Of a stretch of 64,000 bases of DNA, positions 9,713 to 18,756 are shown piece after piece. The position numbers were made by a program, and so were the translations under genes. The notes under the pieces were generated by a model that saw only the letters and a program-made list of their open reading frames with translations, ran no database searches and was not told where the DNA came from. Where the stretch lies: contig CAWFQK010000004.1 in NCBI GenBank assembly GCA_963817955.1, positions 1,536,001-1,600,000 on the forward strand, in the 5' to 3' direction. This DNA is from an uncultured Gemmatimonadaceae bacterium (lineage in GTDB: Bacteria; Gemmatimonadota; Gemmatimonadetes; Gemmatimonadales; Gemmatimonadaceae). Each line of letters starts with the position of its first letter. Within the stretch, counting starts at the first letter, position 1.

Positions 9713-10668
9713 GTGTGCACCCGGAAGACAAAGAAATACATGATCGCCGTGTTGGCGGCGAGCAGCAGCAGCGCGGTGGGAAGCTGAACCTTGATCACGG
9801 CGTTCTCATTCGGAAGCTCGAGCAGCGCGGCCGGAACGATGTTGAAGTTCGCGGCCATGGGCGTCATGAGTGTGCCGCAGAAGCCGGAGACCATCCCCAC
9901 CGCCGCCATGACGACCACGTCCCCGCCAAAGCGATGGACGATGAGCGGTAGCCCGATCGCGGCAGTCATGACCGGGAACGCGGCAAATGCATTCCCCATG
10001 ATGGCGGTGAACAGCGCCATGCCAATCGTGTACGTGGCGACGACCACGAATGGCGTGTCCAGCGGAATCCAGCGCTGGAGAATGTTCGCCACGATCGGTC
10101 CGACACCAGCCAGTGCGAACATCGCGCCGAGTGCAGCAAGCATCTGTGGCAACACGGCGGCCCAGCCGACCGCGTCCATGAGGCGGCGCGCCTCGACGAT
10201 TGGAGCGGTGAGGGGCGGCCGAAGCATCACGACCCCGACGATCAGCGCCGCGATGATTGCCAGCCCGAGCGCGATGAGCGTCACCTGCTTCGGATCGATC
10301 AGCGCCACGCCGCCGAGGTGTGCGCTCTTGAGCGTGAGCGTGCCAATCACCGTCACCACGGGAATCGTCAGCGCCGGCACGAACAACCAGTTTCCCCATC
10401 GCTTCGCGCTCGTCTCACGCTCGCCGCGCGTCGACGATTCGGCCGGCGCACCGCCAAGCTTGCCCGCCGCGATCACCACCATGGCAATGACGAGGATGCC
10501 ATTCACCACGTCCGGCAGCCGCGAGCCGGCAATGAAGGTGACGGCGTAGATCCCCCAGAACGCCGCATTCACGTAGCGCTTGGCACTCGTGCGGTCGCGG
10601 AGATTCACGATCGCGACGCCAGCGAACATCAGGCCCATCAAGACGTAGACGAATTCGAGCTTGATCAT
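9709..10668 (-). CDS. DUF979 membrane protein (putative 5-oxoproline transporter subunit)
   Basis: LPQMLAALG, MGNAFAAFPV, GFCGTLMTPMAANFNIVP. Confidence 0.9.
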   Translation of the reverse strand: MIKLEFVYVLMGLMFAGVAIVNLRDRTSAKRYVNAAFWGIYAVTFIAGSRLPDVVNGILVIAMVVIAAGKLGGAPAESSTRGERETSAKRWGNWLFVPALTIPVVTVIGTLTLKSAHLGGVALIDPKQVTLIALGLAIIAALIVGVVMLRPPLTAPIVEARRLMDAVGWAAVLPQMLAALGAMFALAGVGPIVANILQRWIPLDTPFVVVATYTIGMALFTAIMGNAFAAFPVMTAAIGLPLIVHRFGGDVVVMAAVGMVSGFCGTLMTPMAANFNIVPAALLELPNENAVIKVQLPTALLLLAANTAIMYFFVFRVHT

Positions 10669-11417
10669 GGCTGTCCCTCGCCCTGAGGGACGGGAGCAGC
10701 CGAGCGATCACCTCGCGTGGACAGCGGCGCTTCGGTTTGCTCGGCGTGATCATTCGCGATTTCGGCGCGAAGTGACCGGTCGAGCAGGAGCAGCCGAATC
10801 CCATGGATGACGAAGGCGCAGATCGCCGTGGGAATGGCCCAGAAGGCGAGCTTGGTCGGTTCGGTGTGCACCCCGCTCTGCTCGAGGAAGCCGCGAATCA
10901 AGAGAATGGAGCCGATCGCAATGAAGATGTCTTCACCGAAAAACAGACCGATGTTGTCGGTGGCAGCTGCATGGGCACGAATGCGGTGCCGCGTCTTTTC
11001 ACTCAGGGCACCCCACTTGTTCTCGGCGGCCGCTTCTGCCATTGGCGCAATGAGCGGCCGCACCATCTGCGGATGGCCACCGAGCGATGTGAGCCCCAAC
11101 GCCGACGTGATCTGGCGAACGGCGAGATACGCGAGGAGGAGTCGTCCCGTGGTGGCAGCCTGAATGCGCGAGATCACGGTGCGCGCCCGCTCGCGCAGAC
11201 CGGTGCGCTCGAGCAGGCCGATCACCGGGAGCGCGAGCCAGACCACGGCCACGGAGCGGCTATCGATGAATGCCTTTCCGAAAGCGGCAACGACGCTCCC
11301 GAGCGCGTGCCCTGCCGCCAACCCCGTTGCCACGGCGGCTGCCGCGACAACGAGCAACGGGTTGATGCGGAGCGCGAATCCAACGACGACGATGAGAATG
11401 CCGATGAGCGGGAGCAT
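10665..11417 (-). CDS. DUF969 membrane protein (putative 5-oxoproline transporter subunit)
   Basis: LPVIGLLER.GL, LGGHPQMVRPLIAPMA, DNIGLFFGEDIF. Confidence 0.9.
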   Translation of the reverse strand: MLPLIGILIVVVGFALRINPLLVVAAAAVATGLAAGHALGSVVAAFGKAFIDSRSVAVVWLALPVIGLLERTGLRERARTVISRIQAATTGRLLLAYLAVRQITSALGLTSLGGHPQMVRPLIAPMAEAAAENKWGALSEKTRHRIRAHAAATDNIGLFFGEDIFIAIGSILLIRGFLEQSGVHTEPTKLAFWAIPTAICAFVIHGIRLLLLDRSLRAEIANDHAEQTEAPLSTRGDRSAAPVPQGEGQP

Positions 11418-11475
11418 GCTCGGACTAGGCTCCGTTGCTGGTGACGTCGCGGGCGGCTCGCGGCGACGACGCGGG

Positions 11476-13179
11476 CTATTTGTCTTTCATTTTCGCCCAG
11501 GAATCGCGCAATGTCACGATCCTGTTGAACACGAGCGCTCCGGCCTTTGATTCCACGGGGTCGCTGATGAAGTATCCGGTCCGCTCGAATTGATACCGGG
11601 TTCCGAGCGCGTCGCCGGCGACGCTCGGCTCGGCCTTGGCGCCGCGGATCACGACGAGCGAATCCGGGTTGATCACGCTCAGGAAGTCCTTGCCATCCTC
11701 GACGGCATCTGGATCCGGGATGGTGAAGAGCTTGTCGTACAACCGAAGCTCGCAATCGAGCGCCTGCGCGGCCGACACCCAGTGAATGGTCCCCTGCACC
11801 TTGCGGCCATCGGGCGAGTCGCCGCCGCGCGTCGCCGGATCGTACGTGCACCGCAATTCTACGATTTGTCCCGCCGCGTCCTTCACGACGTCGGTACACG
11901 TGATGAAGTAGCCGTAGCGCAGACGCACTTCACGCCCCGGCGCCAGCCGATAGAACTTCTTTGGCGGGGCTTCCATGAAGTCATCACGCTCGATGTACAG
12001 CTCGCGTGAGAAGGGCACTTTGCGCGATCCGGTCAGCGGCACGTCGTGCGGATAGTACGACGCATCGAGCTCCTCGGCTTGCCCGTCCGGATAATTCGTG
12101 ATCACTACCTTGAGTGGGTTGATCACGCACATGACGCGCGGCACCCGCATGTTGAGATCATTACGCACTGCATGGTCGAACGTGGCCAACTCGGCACGGG
12201 CTGGTTTCCGAGCGACGCCCACGGCTTCGGCGAACGCACGCAGGCCCTCCGGCGTCACACCGCGGCGGCGCATGCCGGAAATCGTCGGCATGCGCGGATC
12301 GTCCCACCCGCTCACCCGTCCCTCGTTCACGAGCCGCAGCAGTTTGCGTTTGCTCAACACCGTGTAATCCAGCTCGAGACGCGCAAACTCTGTCTGCTCC
12401 GGCGGGTTCACGAAGCCGGCCTCCCGCACGAGCCACTTGTAGATGTCGTTGTTGTCCTTGAACTCGAGCGTGCACAGCGAGTGCGTGATCCCCTCAATGG
12501 CATCGGACAAGGGGTGGGCGAAATCATACAGCGGGTAGAGACACCACGCGTCGCCCTGCCGGTAGTGATGCGCATGCCGGATCCGCAGCAGGAGCGGATC
12601 GCGCATGATCATGTTCGGGTGCGCCATGTCGATCTTGGCGCGGAGCACATGCGCCCCGTCGGGAAACTCGCCTGCTTTCATGCGGCGCAGCAGATCGAGA
12701 TTCTCGTCGGTGCTGCGGTCGCGGAACGGACTGTTCGTTCCAGCCACGGTCACCGTGCCGCGGTGCTCCCGGATCTCCTCGTCGCTCTCGGAATCGATGT
12801 ACGCCTTTCCCTTGGTCACGAGCAGCTCGGCCAGGTCGTACAGCTTGCCGAAGTAGTCGCTCGCGTACAGCTCGGCATCCCACTTGAAACCGAGCCATTC
12901 GATGTCCTTCTTGATCGCCTCGACGTACCGGATGTCTTCCGTGAACGGGTTGGTGTCGTCGAAGCGCAGGTTGCAGCGACCGTTGAACTCGGCGGCAATG
13001 CCGAAATTCAGGCAGATCGACTTGACGTGCCCAATGTGCGGAAAGCCATTCGGCTCGGGCGGGAAGCGCGTCGTGATCTGGCGGCCGAAACGGTTGGTCG
13101 CCACGTCATCGGCGACCATGTCGCGAATGAAGTCACGGTGGACTGCCGACGGCGCGGCATCGTTCGAAGGTTGGGACAC
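11476..13179 (-). CDS. glnS: Glutamine--tRNA ligase
   Basis: TRFPPEPNG.PHIGH, LRFDDTNP, THSLCTLEF, VLSKRKL, GWDDPRMPTI, QFERTGYF. Confidence 0.95.
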   Translation of the reverse strand: MSQPSNDAAPSAVHRDFIRDMVADDVATNRFGRQITTRFPPEPNGFPHIGHVKSICLNFGIAAEFNGRCNLRFDDTNPFTEDIRYVEAIKKDIEWLGFKWDAELYASDYFGKLYDLAELLVTKGKAYIDSESDEEIREHRGTVTVAGTNSPFRDRSTDENLDLLRRMKAGEFPDGAHVLRAKIDMAHPNMIMRDPLLLRIRHAHHYRQGDAWCLYPLYDFAHPLSDAIEGITHSLCTLEFKDNNDIYKWLVREAGFVNPPEQTEFARLELDYTVLSKRKLLRLVNEGRVSGWDDPRMPTISGMRRRGVTPEGLRAFAEAVGVARKPARAELATFDHAVRNDLNMRVPRVMCVINPLKVVITNYPDGQAEELDASYYPHDVPLTGSRKVPFSRELYIERDDFMEAPPKKFYRLAPGREVRLRYGYFITCTDVVKDAAGQIVELRCTYDPATRGGDSPDGRKVQGTIHWVSAAQALDCELRLYDKLFTIPDPDAVEDGKDFLSVINPDSLVVIRGAKAEPSVAGDALGTRYQFERTGYFISDPVESKAGALVFNRIVTLRDSWAKMKDK

Positions 13180-13245
13180 GGGCAGAGTGACCTGGGCGGG
13201 TGGCGGTATAGATTAAAGATATACGACCCTTCACCCCCGGTGCGC

Positions 13246-13746
13246 ATGTCCTTCGCCGATACGTTGCTCCCCGAATTCGATCAGGAAATGAAGACCACCC
13301 GGGCGTTGCTCGAGCGCGTGCCGCTCGACCGGGCCGACTGGAAGCCGCATCCGAGATCCACCGCGCTCGGCGCACTCGCCTCCCATCTGGCGACGCTCGC
13401 GGGCTTTGGCGTGATGATCTCCAACAAGACCGAAGTGAATGTGGCCCCGGCCGGCGCACCGCCCCGCACGCCGGCCGTGTACAAGAATACGCAGGAACTG
13501 CTCGACGCCTTCGACGCGAACGTCACGGCGAGCCGCGAGGCTATCCGGCAACTACCCGAGAGCGACCTCACGACTATGTGGACGCTTCGCGCCGGCGAAC
13601 GCGTGGTCTTCAGCCTGCCGCGAGCCGTGGTCTTTCGCACCATGCTGATGAATCACACGGTGCACCATCGCGGCCAACTCAGCGTCTACCTACGCCTGAA
13701 CGACGTACCGCTGCCGTCGATCTACGGCCCGACCGCCGACACCTGA
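13246..13746 (+). CDS. DinB family protein
   Basis: WKPHPRS..LG.LA.HL, NHTVHHRGQLSVYLRL..P.IYGPTAD; start ATG13246. Confidence 0.9.
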   Translation: MSFADTLLPEFDQEMKTTRALLERVPLDRADWKPHPRSTALGALASHLATLAGFGVMISNKTEVNVAPAGAPPRTPAVYKNTQELLDAFDANVTASREAIRQLPESDLTTMWTLRAGERVVFSLPRAVVFRTMLMNHTVHHRGQLSVYLRLNDVPLPSIYGPTADT

Positions 13747-13755
13747 GCGGCGGAG

Positions 13756-15546
13756 CTATTCGTCCGTTGGTGCTTCGGGTCCAAGGTCGCCGGTCTCCAG
13801 CGACAGTTCGGCGATTGCCTTGAGGCGTGCGTCCTGGTTGCGGCGCAGTCCGCGAATGTTGCGACGTGCGCGGCGGTAGGCCATGGGGATGAAGACGCGG
13901 GCGCAGTCCAGGTGAGGCTTCGCTGCCTCGAGGCTGGGTGCCCGCTCGATCTCCCATGTTGTGCGCGACAGCACCGCGGTCGCCATGAAGATGTCGATGG
14001 CGGCGTTGGCCATGCGCTCCTGCAGGAATTGCTTTTCAATGATCGTCTTGCCGTGCGTCATCACGGCTGCTTCCACCGCGAGCGCGAGATCGTGGACGAG
14101 CGTGGCGACGAGATCCGCCTCGCGTTCGAGCGCTGGGTGCACCTTGGTGAAGCTTGGCTTGGTGATCGTTCGCTTGGCGCGTCCCGCCAGGTAGTGCCCA
14201 ATGGCGCCGAAGGAGCGGATGGGGTCCTTGAATGCCTTGCCGATTGCCTTGAGGCGCTCGCCAGGCTGCTGCATGCCCATCAACGCGATGAGTGCGCGCA
14301 GGATCTCGTTGGTGCCCTCGAAGATCAGGTTGATCCGGGAATCGCGTACGGCCTGTTCGTAGGGATATTCCTTGGAGTAGCCGATGCCTCCGGCTATCTG
14401 CATGGCGTCGTTCGACGCGCGGAATGCGAGCTCCGACCCGAACACCTTGCACGCAGCCGTCTCCAGCGAGAAATCGATCCCGCCGCGATCCACCATGCCC
14501 GCGGCGACCATCACGGCTGCATCAGCGGCATAACACTCCACAGCCGTGAGGGCGAACTTGCGCTGGATCATCTCGAACGAGCCGATCGGCCGACCAAATT
14601 GCTCGCGCTGCTTGGCGTACGCGAGCGCCTCACGCATGATGCGTCGCGTGCCACGCGCCGACCCGGCCGCGAGGCCAAGACGTCCCGAGTTCAACACCTC
14701 GAGCGCGATGTGGAACCCCTGGCCAACGTCGCCGAGCTGGTCCTCCACGGGCACCTTCACGCGATCGAAGGCCACGGCGCGCGTGTCGGAGGCCTTGATC
14801 CCCATCTTCTCTTCGAGCTTGCCAAGTGACACGCCAGCGGCGTGGGCGTCGACGATGAAGGCGGTCACCCGTTCTTTTTGAACGCCATCGACCGTTACGG
14901 GCACCTTGGCGAACACCGTGAACAGGTCGGCGTAACCGGCGTTGGAAATCCAGATCTTCGTGCCGCTGAGCAGGTAGTGCGTGCCATCATCGCTCTTGAC
15001 CGCGCGCGTCTTCATGGCTTGCGCGTCGGAGCCAGAGCCCGGCTCGGTGAGACAGAAGGCGGCAACGAGATCTCCGCTCGCGCACCGCGGCAGATACTTC
15101 TGCTTCTGCTCCTCCGTGCCGAACAGCACGATGCCCTTGCAGCCGATCGACTGATGTGCGCCAAAGTAGACCGTGAGCGCCGGATCGGTGGCGCCGATCT
15201 CGCCGAAGACACGGTTGTAGACCTTGGCCGACGCGCCGAATCCACCGTACGCCTCGGGGATGCTAAGCCCCATCACACCAAGCTCGTGCAGTCCCTGGCG
15301 CACGCCGTCCGGGAACCGGCCATCGTGATCGAACTTGGCGCTGTCGACCCGTTCCGCCGCGAAGGCGCGAACCGACCCCAGGATCAGTTCGAGCGATTCC
15401 TTTTCCTCCGGCGAGAGCGTCGGAAAAGGAAAGACGAGCTCTTCACGAATCTCACCGAGAAACACACTCTTCGTGAACGACGGATTGACGTCGGGCGAGG
15501 CGAGGTGCGGCGGCGAAGCGTGCGGGGCGGCAGTGGAAGCGGTCAT
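13756..15546 (-). CDS. Acyl-CoA dehydrogenase (ACAD9/VLCAD-like)
   Basis: AHQSIG, AFCLTEPGSGSDA, KMGIKASDT, R.QFG, RINLIFEGTNEILR. Confidence 0.93.
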   Translation of the reverse strand: MTASTAAPHASPPHLASPDVNPSFTKSVFLGEIREELVFPFPTLSPEEKESLELILGSVRAFAAERVDSAKFDHDGRFPDGVRQGLHELGVMGLSIPEAYGGFGASAKVYNRVFGEIGATDPALTVYFGAHQSIGCKGIVLFGTEEQKQKYLPRCASGDLVAAFCLTEPGSGSDAQAMKTRAVKSDDGTHYLLSGTKIWISNAGYADLFTVFAKVPVTVDGVQKERVTAFIVDAHAAGVSLGKLEEKMGIKASDTRAVAFDRVKVPVEDQLGDVGQGFHIALEVLNSGRLGLAAGSARGTRRIMREALAYAKQREQFGRPIGSFEMIQRKFALTAVECYAADAAVMVAAGMVDRGGIDFSLETAACKVFGSELAFRASNDAMQIAGGIGYSKEYPYEQAVRDSRINLIFEGTNEILRALIALMGMQQPGERLKAIGKAFKDPIRSFGAIGHYLAGRAKRTITKPSFTKVHPALEREADLVATLVHDLALAVEAAVMTHGKTIIEKQFLQERMANAAIDIFMATAVLSRTTWEIERAPSLEAAKPHLDCARVFIPMAYRRARRNIRGLRRNQDARLKAIAELSLETGDLGPEAPTDE

Positions 15547-15685
15547 GGCAGTCCGGGTTGGTCGCACACAGGCGACGACGGAAAACACATCACTGAATTC
15601 TATTGTATGACCGCCCATCGGGAATCAGGTCTTCTCCGCATAGGGCCAACTCCATGGGCCAACTCCGCCGCGCCAGCGTGACGGC

Positions 15686-16978
15686 CTATGCCACGCCGTT
15701 CTTTATCGCCCCCATGACCCGGTCCGCGAACAGATCGATCTCATCCACGGTCGTGTAAACGTTCGGCGTGATGCGCATACCCTTGAACTCGTCGTTGACC
15801 ATGGGCGTGGTGACGATGTTGTGCTTGGACAGTAGCCAACCGCCGAGCTTTCCCATGTCCATGCCGTCGATCCCGAACACGCCGATGGCGCCGCTTGCGT
15901 TTGGCCCGATTGGCGTGATCATGTGCACACGGCTGCTCGCGGCGAGCAGGCGGTTTGCCCACCGGTCGCGCAGGTACCGCAATCGCGCGATCTTCCGCGC
16001 GGGGCCGATCCCGCGATTGAACGCGACGGCAACGGACACGGCGTTGTGATTCGCCGCTGGATGCGTGCCGATCTCCTCGTACTTGCGGATGTTGTCTTCC
16101 TCCTCCACCGACCCGGCCATCATCGGCCACAGCGTCTTGATCCGGTCACGGCGCACGTAGAGGAACCCGGTCCCGATGGGCGCGTGCATCCATTTGTGAA
16201 GACTCGTGCCGTAGTAATCGGCGCCCAAGTCGTCGCGCGTGAACGGGAAGTGTGCGAAGGCGTGCGCGCCGTCGACGAACACCCGAATGCCCTTCGGCTT
16301 GGCGAGCTCCACGATCTCGCGGACGGGGGCGATGTAGCCCGTCATGAAGCTGATGTGCATGACCTCGATGACGCGCGTGCGCGGCGTGATGGCGTCGGCG
16401 ATGTGCTGGAGGTACGACGCCGTGCTCTCCACCGGTGTCTCGATCTTGATGGGTTTGAGCACGATGCCGTCGCGGCGTTCGCGCTGGCGCCAGGCGTTCT
16501 GCATGCGCGGGTAGTTCTGCGTCGTGAAGATCACCTCGTCGCCGCGGGCGAGGTCGGTGCCGAAGATCATCGTCTCGTTCGCTTCCGACGCATTGCGCGT
16601 GATGGCCAGCTCCTCGGGATCACACCCGAAGTCGTGCGCCAGGTCGCGCCGCACCGATTCGATGCGCGGCTCGAGCACGCGCCACATATGCTCGGTCGGC
16701 AGCTCGTTCGAGAATCTGAGATCTCGAATCATCTGCTCCAGCACGTGCGACGGCGCGGGACTGCACCCGCCGTTATTCAGGTTGATCATCGTCCGGTCGA
16801 GATCGAACGCGCGCTGGATCTCCCCCCAGTACGTCTCGTCGTCGGCGACGGATGCGGCGGTCCGCGCGCCGGCGATCGGCTCGGCCGCGAGCAGGTGACG
16901 GAAGGCGGTGTGGCGCATCACGGGGAGGGAGACCCCGGCGCCGAGCACGGATGAGACGAAGGAGCGGCGAGTAGGCAT
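15686..16978 (-). CDS. Class V PLP aminotransferase family protein with Tat-like signal
   Basis: TRRSF N-terminus; INLNNGG, VDGAH, SLHKW..AP.GTG. Confidence 0.88.
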   Translation of the reverse strand: MPTRRSFVSSVLGAGVSLPVMRHTAFRHLLAAEPIAGARTAASVADDETYWGEIQRAFDLDRTMINLNNGGCSPAPSHVLEQMIRDLRFSNELPTEHMWRVLEPRIESVRRDLAHDFGCDPEELAITRNASEANETMIFGTDLARGDEVIFTTQNYPRMQNAWRQRERRDGIVLKPIKIETPVESTASYLQHIADAITPRTRVIEVMHISFMTGYIAPVREIVELAKPKGIRVFVDGAHAFAHFPFTRDDLGADYYGTSLHKWMHAPIGTGFLYVRRDRIKTLWPMMAGSVEEEDNIRKYEEIGTHPAANHNAVSVAVAFNRGIGPARKIARLRYLRDRWANRLLAASSRVHMITPIGPNASGAIGVFGIDGMDMGKLGGWLLSKHNIVTTPMVNDEFKGMRITPNVYTTVDEIDLFADRVMGAIKNGVA

Positions 16979-17036
16979 ACCGCGAACATACGACGAGGGG
17001 GAGGGAGAGCGGTAGAGCGCGACCCGACGTTAACGC

Positions 17037-17154
17037 GGATTGGGCTCCGGGCTCTATTCTGGCTGGATGTCGCTGGCTGCTCCGTCGCGGTCGGCCCACC
17101 GGTCGGCGAGTTTCGAGTTTCCAGTTGTGCGTTGTGCGTTGTGAGTGTTAACGG
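17037..17154 (-). repeat. Dispersed repeat copy 1; left arm of 118-bp inverted repeat around the four-helix-bundle gene
   Basis: Reverse complement of 17624-17741 with few mismatches; core 17061-17146. Confidence 0.95.
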
Positions 17155-17525
17155 GCTGGGGTCTCACCGGTGGTGCTCAGCACCTTGTTCCGCAGACCGC
17201 AGAGCATTCGGCGCGTCTCGACTGTCATTGCGCCAAGGGCGCGCCAGTCACGTTCCTGCAGCACGTCGTACCGGTAGGCCAGCTCCAGTTCGCCCTCGAG
17301 CTCCATCGCGGACTTCACGGACATTTCCAGAAAGCGCGCGAGTTCTTTCTGCGTGCTCGCGCCGCAACCCTCGACGATGTTATTCCCCACCGATTCGGCC
17401 GCCGAGACCAGCTGCGCTTTCAGTTCCGAATAGCCCTGCTTTGGAAACCGCGTCGTAGCCCTTCGGACTTCGAGGGCCAGAGCGACAGCCTTGTTCCAAA
17501 CTCTGAGCCGGCGAAAGTCCTGCAT
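17148..17525 (-). CDS. Four helix bundle protein (23S rRNA IVP / Avd-like family)
   Basis: MQDFRRLRVW.KA..LA..FP....L..QL..AA.SV..NI.EG.G......ARFL..S..SA.EL; stop lies inside the left repeat arm. Confidence 0.92.
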   Translation of the reverse strand: MQDFRRLRVWNKAVALALEVRRATTRFPKQGYSELKAQLVSAAESVGNNIVEGCGASTQKELARFLEMSVKSAMELEGELELAYRYDVLQERDWRALGAMTVETRRMLCGLRNKVLSTTGETPAR

Positions 17526-17623
17526 GCGCGAAAGCTGCGCGGCCGCAGCCAAGGGCGCAGCATCGTACCGTTTCCAGCCGGTCCACGCTGTCTCGCCAAG
17601 CTCACCCATCAGACCGGTTTGTA

Positions 17624-17741
17624 CCGTTAACACTCACAACGCACAACTCACAACTGGAAACTCGAACCTCGCCGACCGGTGGGCCGACCGCTACGGAGCA
17701 GCCAGCGACATCCAGCCAGAATAGAGCCCGGAGTCCAATCC
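17624..17741 (+). repeat. Dispersed repeat copy 2; right arm
   Basis: Core 17632-17717 ACTCACAACGCACAACTCACAACTGGAAACTCGAACCTCGCCGACCGGTGGGCCGACCGCTACGGAGCAGCCAGCGACATCCAGCC plus tail AGAATAGAGCCCGGAGTCCAATCC. Confidence 0.95.
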
Positions 17742-17818
17742 ACGCCCTCGCTCTCGCCGCTTCAGTCGGCGCACCTCGAGTGGCCAGTTGCGCGTTGTGC
17801 GCTGTGTGTTGACGTCGA

Positions 17819-18643
17819 TTACCGCTCGCCCGTCCGCCCATCCCGCGTCAGTAACGCCGCGTACTTCGCGAATACCGAGAACGCGCTGGTCACCGATACG
17901 ATGAATCCAGCCACCCCGTCACGCCAACCGCTCATGATCAGGTAATCGCGCATGAAACGCCACGCGGGACGGACCAGCAGGTCGCTCATGCGTGCCCGCC
18001 GGCCGCGGGCGTGCATGTCTTCCGCTGCCCAACGCGCGTACGTGCCGATCTTGATGACCTGGTGCGCCATATCACGATAGGGGCGGTGCAGTAGCGCACC
18101 TTCGAGGCTACCGACGTCGTCGAGCGCCTCCAGGTGTTCGTGGACCCGAACATTGGCGAATCGGCGCTCGCGCGTGAATACGCGTACCTTCCAGTCCGAG
18201 CCCCAAGGGCCGTGGAGCAATTCCCGGCCGAGATGCCAGTTCCGTGAACGAACGCGGAATGCCGTCTGCAACGGCGACGCGGCGCAGAGCCGCGTCAACG
18301 ACCATCGCAACTCCGGCGTCACTTGCTCGTCGGCGTCGAGCGCCAGCACCCAGCGATTGCGGGCCGCCGCGCTCCCCGCGTTGCGCTGCGCCGCAATGGT
18401 CTTTCCGGCCACGATCAATACGCGAGCGCCGGCGGCTCGTGCGAGCGCGGGCGTGTCGTCCGTCGAACCGCCGTCAACGACGATCACCTCGTCCGCCCAA
18501 TCGAGCGCACCGATCGCACGAGATACCTGCGGCGCTTCGTTGAGCGTCGGCATGACCACGGTGATCGGAATGCATTCGCGAGGACGAGCGATCGGGACTG
18601 CAGGGTATGGCGTCCAATCCAGAACGCGCGCGGGTTGTGTCAC
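17819..18643 (-). CDS. Glycosyltransferase family 2 (KdtX/WaaE-like)
   Basis: VVMPTLNEA, VVDGGSTD, QRN, WVLALDADE, VHE; start uncertain. Confidence 0.88.
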   Translation of the reverse strand: MTQPARVLDWTPYPAVPIARPRECIPITVVMPTLNEAPQVSRAIGALDWADEVIVVDGGSTDDTPALARAAGARVLIVAGKTIAAQRNAGSAAARNRWVLALDADEQVTPELRWSLTRLCAASPLQTAFRVRSRNWHLGRELLHGPWGSDWKVRVFTRERRFANVRVHEHLEALDDVGSLEGALLHRPYRDMAHQVIKIGTYARWAAEDMHARGRRARMSDLLVRPAWRFMRDYLIMSGWRDGVAGFIVSVTSAFSVFAKYAALLTRDGRTGER

Positions 18644-18756
18644 GGGGTATCGAACCTCTCGTTCGGGAAACCGTTCTAGAGGGAGACACCCCACACTGAG
18701 CATCCCCTACGCGCGTTGGACGCTCGAACCGCTTCAATGTGAAGAAGGAAAAGAAA

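Noticed and set aside
17148..17525. Diversity-generating retroelement or 23S rRNA intervening sequence
   Set aside because: No reverse transcriptase, TR/VR pair or rRNA sequence in the window
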